A stretch of 64,000 nucleotides of DNA from Elusimicrobiota bacterium (GTDB lineage Bacteria; Elusimicrobiota; Endomicrobiia; Endomicrobiales; JAPLKN01): the NCBI GenBank assembly GCA_042562855.1, contig JBHPNE010000001.1, positions 35,046 to 99,045 of the forward strand. Reading direction: 5' to 3'. The position numbers were made by a program, and so were the translations under genes. Shown in pieces: positions 38,905 through 48,100 of the stretch (position 1 is the stretch's first letter; each line of letters starts with the position of its first letter). The notes under the pieces were generated by a model. That model saw only the letters and a program-made list of their open reading frames with translations, made no database searches and was not told the origin of the DNA.

Positions 38905-38921
38905 AAAAGGAGGGTAAAAAA

Positions 38922-40148
38922 ATGAATTCAGGTGATACAGCTTTTATTCTGATATGTGCCGCTTTAGTATTGTTAATGACGCCGGGACTTGCTTTCTTCT
39001 ACGGTGGCATGGTCAGGAAGAAAAATGTTTTAGGTGTTTTAATGCAGTGTTTTGCGATAATGGGTGTTATGAGTTTGCAGTGGGTGCTGTTTGGTTACAG
39101 TTTGGCTTTTTCGGAAGGTAGCTGGTTTATCGGCGGGTTGCAGTGGATGGGGCTTAATGGTGTAGGGCTTGAACCGTATGCAAATTTTTCGGAAACTATA
39201 CCGCATCAGGCTTTTATGATATTTCAGGCGATGTTTGCGATCATAACACCGGCACTTATAATCGGTGCTTTTGCTGAAAGGATAAAGTTTTCTGGATTTA
39301 TAATCTTTTCATTGTTGTGGGCTACATTTGTTTATGATCCGGTTTGTCATTGGGTCTGGGGTCCTGGAGGATGGTTAGGACAGCTTGGTGCTTTGGACTT
39401 TGCCGGAGGAACTGTTGTTCATATTAATGCTGGGGTAGCAGCTTTAGTTATGGCGCTTTTCTTAGGGCGGAGAAAGGGTTATGAGAATAAGCCAATGCCT
39501 CCTCATAATTTGCCCTTCACGGCTTTAGGTGCTGGATTATTGTGGTTCGGATGGTTTGGATTCAATGCAGGAAGTGCTTTGGCTGCTGACGGCATAGCTG
39601 TGAATGCTTTTGTTGTTACAAATACAGCTGCAGCTGCTGCGGGTCTGACATGGGCTTTCCTTGAATGGATATTGAATGGAAAACCCACAATCTTCGGTAT
39701 TGTTACCGGCGCAGTAGCAGGGCTCGTTGCTATCACACCTGCCGCTGGTTTTGTCAGCGCATTATCAAGTATAGCTATAGGTGTTTTAGTCAGTGTAGTA
39801 TGCTTTGTAATGGTCAGTATGGTTAAACCAAAGTTGGGCTATGATGACTCGCTTGATGCTTTCGGAGTTCATGGAATAGGCGGAATGGTAGGAGCTATTG
39901 CTACGGGGCTGTTTGCTTCTGTAGCTGTAAATGCAGGTGGAGCAAATGGGTTGTTCTTTGGGAATTTCGAGCAGCTAAAAATTCAATTAATAGCTGTAGG
40001 AGCAACGACTCTGTATACTTTGGTAGTAACGGTAATACTGTATAAGGTTGTTGATCTAATGGTAGGAATGCGTGTTAGTGAAAAAGATGAGGCCTTAGGA
40101 TTAGATTTGGCTGAACATCATGAAGGCGCATATACTGTAATTGAATAA
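38922..40148 (+). CDS. amtB: Ammonium transporter
   Basis: [22 protein letters not shown] and [14 protein letters not shown] motifs. 11 TM segments. Confidence 0.95.
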   Translation: MNSGDTAFILICAALVLLMTPGLAFFYGGMVRKKNVLGVLMQCFAIMGVMSLQWVLFGYSLAFSEGSWFIGGLQWMGLNGVGLEPYANFSETIPHQAFMIFQAMFAIITPALIIGAFAERIKFSGFIIFSLLWATFVYDPVCHWVWGPGGWLGQLGALDFAGGTVVHINAGVAALVMALFLGRRKGYENKPMPPHNLPFTALGAGLLWFGWFGFNAGSALAADGIAVNAFVVTNTAAAAAGLTWAFLEWILNGKPTIFGIVTGAVAGLVAITPAAGFVSALSSIAIGVLVSVVCFVMVSMVKPKLGYDDSLDAFGVHGIGGMVGAIATGLFASVAVNAGGANGLFFGNFEQLKIQLIAVGATTLYTLVVTVILYKVVDLMVGMRVSEKDEALGLDLAEHHEGAYTVIE

Positions 40149-40158
40149 GGAGGAAAAT

Positions 40159-40503
40159 ATGAAACTAATAATTGCAATAATTCAACCGTATAAGTTAGAA
40201 GAAGTTAAAAAGGAGCTTTATGCGAACGACATAAATCTTATTACTGTTACTGAAGTCCTTGGACACGGCAGACAAAAAGGTGTTACAGAAATTTATAGGG
40301 GCGTTAAGGAAACAGGTAATTTATTAAGAAAAGTGCGTTTAGATATAGCCGTTAACGATGAATATGTTGAGAAAGCGGTGTATTCTATTAGAAAAGGAGC
40401 AAAAACAGGTGAAAAGTTTGGCGATGGGAAAATATTCGTTCTCGACCTTAAGGAATGCATAAGAATAGGTTCGGGTGATACAGGTAAGAGAGCTATAGGT
40501 TAA
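40159..40503 (+). CDS. glnK: P-II nitrogen regulatory protein (GlnK type, amtB-linked)
   Basis: The start was moved to the ATG at 40159, which has an AAGGAGG RBS. The T-loop region is GHGRQKG. The B-loop-like segment is [11 protein letters not shown]. 114 aa. Confidence 0.9.
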   Translation: MKLIIAIIQPYKLEEVKKELYANDINLITVTEVLGHGRQKGVTEIYRGVKETGNLLRKVRLDIAVNDEYVEKAVYSIRKGAKTGEKFGDGKIFVLDLKECIRIGSGDTGKRAIG

Positions 40504-40656
40504 CCAATCTCAACCTATTAGGATATAATATGGACACTTTTTGGACACCCCAGCCGTCGTCCTGTTTTAACATCCTTATAGTCATACCCCATAAGAATAT
40601 GGGAGTTTCTTACCCTACCATGCTGTTTACTATTTCGGAACTTTTGCCAATTGGAG

Positions 40657-40685
40657 TTGACAAAAAATATTGTTTATGATAAGCT
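40657..40685 (+). promoter_or_regulatory. Sigma70-type promoter inside module B
   Basis: TTGACA (40657-40662), 17-nt spacer, TAAGCT (40680-40685). Confidence 0.5.
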
Positions 40686-40695
40686 ATTAATTAGA

Positions 40696-40740
40696 AGGAC
40701 AAAGAGGTCCTCAAATCGCTGACGATTTGGGGACTTTTTT
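40696..40740 (+). terminator. Leader terminator with a competing upstream hairpin (attenuator candidate), module B
   Basis: Sequence identical to 37940-37984. Confidence 0.6.
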
Positions 40741-40876
40741 ATTTGTATTCTAAGCGAAGAAGCTTAAAAGGATCTAAGACATAGACGTCTTCGGTTTCTA
40801 AGATAGTTTTAGAAATTTTGAGGGCGTTTTTTCTTTGTGTGCTGGAAAGATAAGCAGAATAATTGGAGGGAAATTA

Positions 40877-42472
40877 ATGACAAAATATATTTTTGTAACT
40901 GGTGGTGTGGTATCTTCATTAGGAAAAGGAATTACTGCTGCTTCAATAGGCAGTCTATTTAAAAGTTGTGGATTAAGAATTAATATTATAAAGATTGATC
41001 CTTATCTGAATGTTGATCCAGGCACAATGAGTCCTTTCCAGCATGGCGAGGTATTTGTAACAGATGATGGAGCAGAAACAGATCTTGATTTAGGTTACTA
41101 TGAAAGGTTTCTTGATATAAACTTGTCGCAAGACAGTAATTTTACCAGCGGTAAAGTATATGAAACAATAATTTCAAGAGAAAGAGAAGGAGGTTATCTG
41201 GGAAATACTGTGCAGGTTATTCCTCATGTAACAAATGAAATAAAATCCAGAATAAAAAAAGCCTCAAGAGGCAACGATATTGTTATTGTTGAGATAGGAG
41301 GTACAACCGGCGATATAGAAGGCTTACCGTTTCTTGAAGCAATACGCCAAATGAGGCATGATGTAGGCCATGATAACGTGTGTTATGTCCATGTAACACT
41401 TGTTCCTTACATTAACGCTGCTCAGGAGATGAAAACAAAACCTACTCAACAGAGTGTTGCAAAACTCAGGGAAATAGGAATAGCTCCACACGTATTAGTA
41501 TGCAGGACAGAAAGGCGCATGACACCGGATATGAAGAAAAAAATAGCTTTGTTCTGCAATGTCCGTGAAGATGCAGTAATCGAGGAAAAAGATGTTGATA
41601 CGAGCATATATGAAGTTCCTGTTATGCTCAAAGATCAGGGTATGGATAAGTTGATAGTTGACATGCTTCATATTAATTGTAGAAAAAGTAATTCTAACAA
41701 TTGGAAAAAAGTTATTAAAAATATAAAGAGCTGCAAAAAAACAGTAAATATAGCGGTTGCCGGAAAATACACAGAATTAAAAGATTCATATAAGAGTATA
41801 TGGGAGGCTTTAACTCATGGTGCGTGGGCAAATAATGCTAAGATCAATATAAGTTATGTAGATGTGGAAAAAGATGATCTGAACGAAAAATTTTCAAAAG
41901 CTGATGGCATATTGGTTCCCGGAGGATTTGGGGACAGGGGTATTGAAGGAAAAATAAATGTTGTATGTTATGCAAGAGAGAATAAAATACCATTTTTCGG
42001 GATTTGCCTTGGGATGCAGTGTGTTGTAATTGAATTTGCAAGGAATGTATGCGGCTTAAAAAATGCAAATAGTACGGAGTTTAATGCTAAAACACCTTAT
42101 CCTGTTATTGATATAATGAAAGAACAAAAGAAAATATCAAACAAAGGCGGAACAATGAGGCTGGGTAAGTATCCATGCCAGTTAATAAAAGGCTCGCTGG
42201 CAAATAAAGCGTACAAAAAATCATTGATTTATGAGCGTCACAGGCACAGATATGAACTAAACAATAAGTTTAGAAAAAAACTTGAACAGTTCGGAATGGT
42301 CATTACCGGAAAATATGAAAATAAGAATCTGGCAGAGATAGTTGAACTAAAAAATCATCCATGGTTTATAGGAACTCAATTTCATCCTGAATTTAAATCA
42401 CGCCCGACAAGTCCACACCCACTTTTTAGTGATTTTATTAAATCGGCAATAGAAAATAAAAGTAGAAAATGA
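40877..42472 (+). CDS. pyrG: CTP synthase
   Basis: The start was moved to the ATG at 40877, which has a GGAGGG RBS. Motifs GGVVSSLGKGI, GICLGMQ and HRHRYE are present. Confidence 0.95.
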   Translation: MTKYIFVTGGVVSSLGKGITAASIGSLFKSCGLRINIIKIDPYLNVDPGTMSPFQHGEVFVTDDGAETDLDLGYYERFLDINLSQDSNFTSGKVYETIISREREGGYLGNTVQVIPHVTNEIKSRIKKASRGNDIVIVEIGGTTGDIEGLPFLEAIRQMRHDVGHDNVCYVHVTLVPYINAAQEMKTKPTQQSVAKLREIGIAPHVLVCRTERRMTPDMKKKIALFCNVREDAVIEEKDVDTSIYEVPVMLKDQGMDKLIVDMLHINCRKSNSNNWKKVIKNIKSCKKTVNIAVAGKYTELKDSYKSIWEALTHGAWANNAKINISYVDVEKDDLNEKFSKADGILVPGGFGDRGIEGKINVVCYARENKIPFFGICLGMQCVVIEFARNVCGLKNANSTEFNAKTPYPVIDIMKEQKKISNKGGTMRLGKYPCQLIKGSLANKAYKKSLIYERHRHRYELNNKFRKKLEQFGMVITGKYENKNLAEIVELKNHPWFIGTQFHPEFKSRPTSPHPLFSDFIKSAIENKSRK

Positions 42473-42512
42473 TAAAATAAAAATTATTAGCTACGTATAG
42501 GAAAATATTATT

Positions 42513-45179
42513 ATGGGAAAAGTTTATTCATTAATGAGTACCGGGCTTCCTGAGCTGGATAATGTAATTCAGAACGTAATGCCAGGCGATAATATTGTCT
42601 GGCAGATGGACTCTATTGAAGATTATATCCTTTTTGTACATCCATTCTTAAGCGATGCATACAAAAAAGGAAACAAGCTGATCTATTTCCGGTTTGCAGA
42701 GCACTCTTCATTGTTACCTGAAGGAGTTAACGCTGAAGTTTATACCCTTCACCCTGAAGATGGGTTTGAATCATTTATAGCAGAGATTTTTAATGTTATA
42801 GAAAAATATGGTACAGGTGTATTTTATGTTTTTGATTGTTTGTCAGAGCTTACAGTGGATTGGTATAGTGACCGAATGCTTGCTAATTTTTTTATGCTTA
42901 CCTGTCCCTATCTTTATGATTATGAAACTGTAACATATTTTGCTCTTCTAAGGAATCATCATACCTCGCAAACTATTAATGCCATACATAATACTGCTCA
43001 GGTGATTATAGATGTTTATCGTAATAAAAATGATTTGTTTTTGCAGCCACTCAAGGTTTATAAACGACATACTCCGACTATGTATATGCTTCATCACTGG
43101 AAAGATAGAGAGCTTAAACCTGAAACAAGTAGTACTATAATTTCAGAAATACTTGAAGAGGTATCACATCCCTGGCTTGATTTCTCTGTAAGCAGGCGGG
43201 ATATGTGGATCAGAGTATTTTCAAAAGCACGTGAGATTCATGAAACCATCTCTTCTTCAAAGTCACCTCAAGAAGGGTTGGATGAAGATATTGTCAAAAG
43301 CAAAAAGTTTGATAAGGAATATGAAAAGTATTTTCAACGTCTATTAAGAATGGCTGTAACAAGAGATGAACGAGTTATAAAATTGGCAGAAAAATATTTT
43401 GAACTTTCTGACCTTATAGATATTGGCAAACATATGATAGGAACCGGGCTCATAGGAGGTAAGACAGTAGGAATGCTTTTAGCCCGCGCTATTTTAAAAC
43501 GTTCCAATAAAAAGTACTGGCAAGAAAAATTGGAGCCGCATGACAGTTTTTATATTGGCTCAGATGTTTTTTATACATATTTAGTCCAGAGCGGCTGCTG
43601 GTGGCCACGGTGGAAACAGAGGCATGAAGACAATGTATTAGAAGGTGCTGAAGATGTGCGGCAAAGAATGCTTTCCGGTGATTTTTCGAGCGATATCAAA
43701 GATCAATTCGTGGAAATATTAAATTATTTTGGGCAGTCGCCAATTATTGTACGTTCCAGCAGTCTCTTAGAAGACGCATACGGAAACTCTTTTTCAGGAA
43801 AGTATGAGAGTGTGTTTTGTGCGAATCAGGGCACCCCGCAGGAACGGCTTGAGGGATTTATGAATGCTGTGCGCGCTGTTTATGCAAGCACTATGAACCG
43901 TGATGCATTGTTATATCGTGCTCAAAGAGGCCTTTTAGACCGTGATGAACAGATGGCACTTCTTGTTCAGCGGGTTTCAGGCTCTGTTTATAATGACACG
44001 TTCTTTCCTCAGATTGCAGGTGTAGGATTTTCATATAATCCGTTTGCGTGGAGCCAGGATATTGATCCTAAGGCCGGAGTGCTTCGTCTCGTCTTTGGAT
44101 TAGGGACAAGAGCAGTGAACCGCAGTGATGACGATTACACATGTATTGCAGCGCTAAACGAACCTAAGAAAAGGCCCTCAGCAAACATAGACGATGATAG
44201 AAAATATGCACAGAAAAAGATTGATATCTTAGACCTTAAGGCTAACCAGCTTGTATCAAGACACTTTGAGGATCTGGCAAAAAATATTTCCAAATTACAA
44301 CTTGATCTTTTTGCCATACGTGATAATGAGATGGAGAAAAGAGCCAAAGAAAGAAATATTCATGATATATTTTCATGGATCATTACATTTGACGGCCTTT
44401 TTTCTAATACAGAGTTTGCACAGGATATGCGTAGGATATTAAGAACAATTGAGGACGCTTATGAATATCCTGTTGATATTGAGTTTACATCCAATTTTTT
44501 AAGTAATGGACAATATAAGATTAATCTTTTGCAATGCCGCCCCTTTCAGGTAAAAAGAGGAACTTATATAGTAAGGGAACCTGGGAGGATACAGGAGAAG
44601 AATTTAATATTGAGAACAAAAGGCCCCATAATCGGCAATAGTGTGCAGATAGTAATTGACAGGTTGATTTATATTCTTCCTTCTATTTATGGACATATGT
44701 CCATGCCTGACCGCTATTCGATTGCACGGCTAATAGGAAAGTTGACTAATCTTGAAAATAAACAGGAGAAAAAAAACATTATGCTTATAGGGCCGGGCAG
44801 ATGGGGAACTACAACTCCTTCGCTCGGTGTTCCCGTTGAGTTTGGCGAGATAAATAATGTTTCGGTTCTATGCGAGATTACAGAAATGCATGAAGGCCTT
44901 GTCCCGGATGTTTCGCTTGGAACCCATTTCTTCAATGACATTGTAGAGTTGGATATGCTTTATATGGCCATTCATCCTGCGGGAAGTGATAACTTTATAA
45001 ATAAAAAGTTTTTGGAGACAGCACATAATCAATTGGAAAAGCTTCTTCCGGGTGAATCTAAATGGTCTAATGCTGTACGTATTATAGATTTGTCACAGGA
45101 ACAGCAGAGTAGTTGTATTTATTTAAATGTAAATTCCCCGGAGCAAAAGGGCGTTTGTTATATAGGTAAAAAAGAATGA
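42513..45179 (+). CDS. PEP/pyruvate-binding (PPDK_N ATP-grasp) domain protein with a degenerate KaiC/RecA-like N-terminal domain
   Basis: The central region (IVRSSSLLEDAYGNSFSGKYESV ... PVDIEF ... LLQCRP) matches the PPDK_N pattern. The N-terminus (STGLPELDNVI...PGDNIVWQ ... VFYVFDCLSEL) resembles KaiC-type ATPases but has no Walker A. I see no phosphohistidine swivel motif. Its stop overlaps the gltB start (ATGA). Confidence 0.75.
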   Translation: MGKVYSLMSTGLPELDNVIQNVMPGDNIVWQMDSIEDYILFVHPFLSDAYKKGNKLIYFRFAEHSSLLPEGVNAEVYTLHPEDGFESFIAEIFNVIEKYGTGVFYVFDCLSELTVDWYSDRMLANFFMLTCPYLYDYETVTYFALLRNHHTSQTINAIHNTAQVIIDVYRNKNDLFLQPLKVYKRHTPTMYMLHHWKDRELKPETSSTIISEILEEVSHPWLDFSVSRRDMWIRVFSKAREIHETISSSKSPQEGLDEDIVKSKKFDKEYEKYFQRLLRMAVTRDERVIKLAEKYFELSDLIDIGKHMIGTGLIGGKTVGMLLARAILKRSNKKYWQEKLEPHDSFYIGSDVFYTYLVQSGCWWPRWKQRHEDNVLEGAEDVRQRMLSGDFSSDIKDQFVEILNYFGQSPIIVRSSSLLEDAYGNSFSGKYESVFCANQGTPQERLEGFMNAVRAVYASTMNRDALLYRAQRGLLDRDEQMALLVQRVSGSVYNDTFFPQIAGVGFSYNPFAWSQDIDPKAGVLRLVFGLGTRAVNRSDDDYTCIAALNEPKKRPSANIDDDRKYAQKKIDILDLKANQLVSRHFEDLAKNISKLQLDLFAIRDNEMEKRAKERNIHDIFSWIITFDGLFSNTEFAQDMRRILRTIEDAYEYPVDIEFTSNFLSNGQYKINLLQCRPFQVKRGTYIVREPGRIQEKNLILRTKGPIIGNSVQIVIDRLIYILPSIYGHMSMPDRYSIARLIGKLTNLENKQEKKNIMLIGPGRWGTTTPSLGVPVEFGEINNVSVLCEITEMHEGLVPDVSLGTHFFNDIVELDMLYMAIHPAGSDNFINKKFLETAHNQLEKLLPGESKWSNAVRIIDLSQEQQSSCIYLNVNSPEQKGVCYIGKKE

Positions 45180-48100
45180 AGAATTTTGGATTATATGATA
45201 AATCATTTGAACATGACAGCTGTGGCGTAGGATTTGTTGTTGATATTAAAGGCAAAGCCTCGCATCAAATTATAAAAGACGGCGTTACCGTTTTAAAAAA
45301 TCTTGTGCACAGAGGAGCTATTGGAGGTGATTTGAAAACAGGTGACGGGGCTGGAATGCTTCTTCAGATACCACATCGTTTTTATTATGAGGAATGTGCT
45401 AAACTGGGATTTAACCTTCCTGATAAGGGTAACTACGGAGTAGGTTTTCTTTTTTTACCGCAGGATAAGAAAGTCCGAAATAATATAGAAAAAGAGGTAA
45501 CAAACATTATACAGCAGGAAGGGGGCAGTGTTATTGGCTGGCGTGATGTTCCTGTATGCTCGGATTGCCTTGGTGAAATAGCGAAAAGGACTATGCCGTT
45601 TATGAGACAGGTGTTTACAAATTTCCCCAATTTAATTGGCGACGAGCTGGAAAGAAAACTATATATTTCAAGAAAACGAATGGAAAAAGCCGCAATAAGC
45701 ATAAAACTGTCTATGGAAGAGTTTTATATTCCAAGTTTTTCATCAAGGACCATAGTTTATAAAGGCATGTTTGTTGCTCCTCAGTTTGAAAGTTTTTATC
45801 CTGACCTGGTAGAAAAAAGTTTTCAGAGCGCTTTTGCGCTTGTGCACCAACGATACAGCACAAATACATTTCCCTCATGGCCACTTGCACAACCGTTCCG
45901 CAATATTGCCCACAATGGTGAGATAAATACCTTGCGGGGAAATATTAATAATATGAAAGTACGTGAAGCAACGTTATCATCACCACTGTTTGGCAAGGGT
46001 ATAAAAAAATTATTTCCCATTATTATGGAAGGGGGCAGCGATTCTGCCGTATTCGATAATACTTATGAATTGCTGGTTTCATCCGGGAGATCTGTTGAAC
46101 ATGCTATGATGATGATGATTCCTGAACCTTTTGGAACCAAATATCATATTAGTACTGATAAACGTGGTTTTTATGAATTTCACGCTGCATTTATGGAACC
46201 TTGGGACGGCCCTGCTGCAATAGCTTATACCGATGGGACAAAAATAGGTGCTGTTTTGGATAGGAACGGCTTAAGGCCAGCACGATACGTAATTACTAAA
46301 AGCGGGAAAGTTGTGCTTGCATCTGAAGTGGGGGTTCTTGATATAGCCCCGGAAGATGTTTTAGAAAAAGGACGGCTTGCACCTGGAAAGATGATTTTAA
46401 TAGACACTGCTATAGGAAGAGTTAAAAAGGATAATGAGATAAAGGCGTCCGTATCAAGGCAGAAATTATATAGGCGGTGGCTGGAAGAAAACCGTATTGA
46501 ATTAAAGGGCTTGTTTCAGCCAGCCGGGCCTGTTAAAGTTGATGAAAAATCGCTCTTGATAAAACAAAAAGCTTTTGGTTATACACTGGAAGATCTGAAC
46601 ATGATTATAAAACCAATGGCTGAAAATGCCCAAGAGCCAATAGGTTCAATGGGTGATGATGAGGCTTTAAGTGTTTTATCGGATCGTCCCCAGCGGTTAT
46701 ACAGGTACTTTAAACAGCTTTTTGCCCAGGTTACAAATCCGCCTATTGACCCGTATAAGGAAAACCTTGTTATGTCGTTAATGAGTTTTATTGGGAAAGA
46801 AAGGAACTTGTTAGAAGAAAGCCCGGATCAGTGCCGCCAGCTTAAACTTTCACATCCAATTTTAACCAACGAAGATATGGACAAACTAAGAAATGTGGAT
46901 ATTCGTGATTTTAAGTCAACTGTTGTTCCGATGACATATAATTTAAGTTCTTCAGAAGATACTAAAAGAAATTTTGAAAATGCCATTAAATTTTTGTGCC
47001 GGCAAGTTGAAAAGAAGGTTGATGAAGGCTATTCAATTGTTATTATCAGCGACAGGAGAATTGATGAAAATAATGTTCCGATACCAGCGCTTCTTGCAAC
47101 ATCGGCTGTAAACAATTATCTAGTTAAAAAAGGAAAACGGCATTTAATAGGGCTTGTGGTTGAAACAGGAGAAACAAAAGAGGTTATGGACTTTGCAACT
47201 TTGATTGGTTATGGTGCCAGTGCCATAAATCCCTATCTGGCTTTCGAAATCCTGGCGTATTTAAAGGTAAATGGCCACCTTAGCCAGGACATGAAACTTG
47301 AAACAGCTATTGATAACTACATTATAGCAGTTAAGAAAGGTTTACTAAAAATCATGTCAAAAATGGGAGTGTCAACAATTCGCAGTTACAAAGGCGCTCA
47401 TTTATTCGAAGCCGTTGGATTAAATTCTGAGTTTGTGAACAAGTACTTTCCTGAAACCCCGTCACGTATAGAAGGTGTGGGCATTGATATTATAGCTCAA
47501 GAGGCTCTATTAAAACACAGGAATGCTTTCACGGGAAATAATATGGTTGATTCAGGGGGACACTACCATTTCAGGCGTTCTTCTGAAAAACATTTACTAA
47601 GGCCTGAAGTTATTGGGCTACTTCAAAAAGCAGTCAGGGAAGGAAATTATGATTTATACAAAAAATATTCCAGGCTAATTAATGAGGATGAAGAATGCCT
47701 GTGTACATTAAGAGGCCTTTTCAGGTTTAAAAAAGACAAGTCTGTACCTGTTGAAGAAGTTGAGCCTGTTGATACTATTGTAAAGCGTTTTGTTACATCT
47801 GCCATGTCATTTGGAAGTATCAGTAAAGAGGCACATGAAACTCTGGCAGTAGCTATGAACCGCCTAGGCGCACAAAGCAATTCCGGTGAAGGCGGCGAGG
47901 ATGAGGAACGTTATAAGCCTTTGCCAAATGGCGATTCCATGATGAGTAAGATCAAACAAGTTGCTTCAGGCAGGTTTGGGGTAAATAGCAATTATCTTGT
48001 TCATTCAAAGGAACTTCAAATAAAGATGGCTCAAGGCGCTAAGCCAGGTGAAGGCGGCCAGCTGCCAGGGCATAAGGTTGATAAGATAATTGCAAAGGTC

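Larger units (their letters stand above)
40500..40832 (+). repeat. Copy B of the ~330-bp duplicated intergenic module
   Basis: See copy A. It begins at the glnK stop codon and ends ~45 nt before pyrG. Confidence 0.9.
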
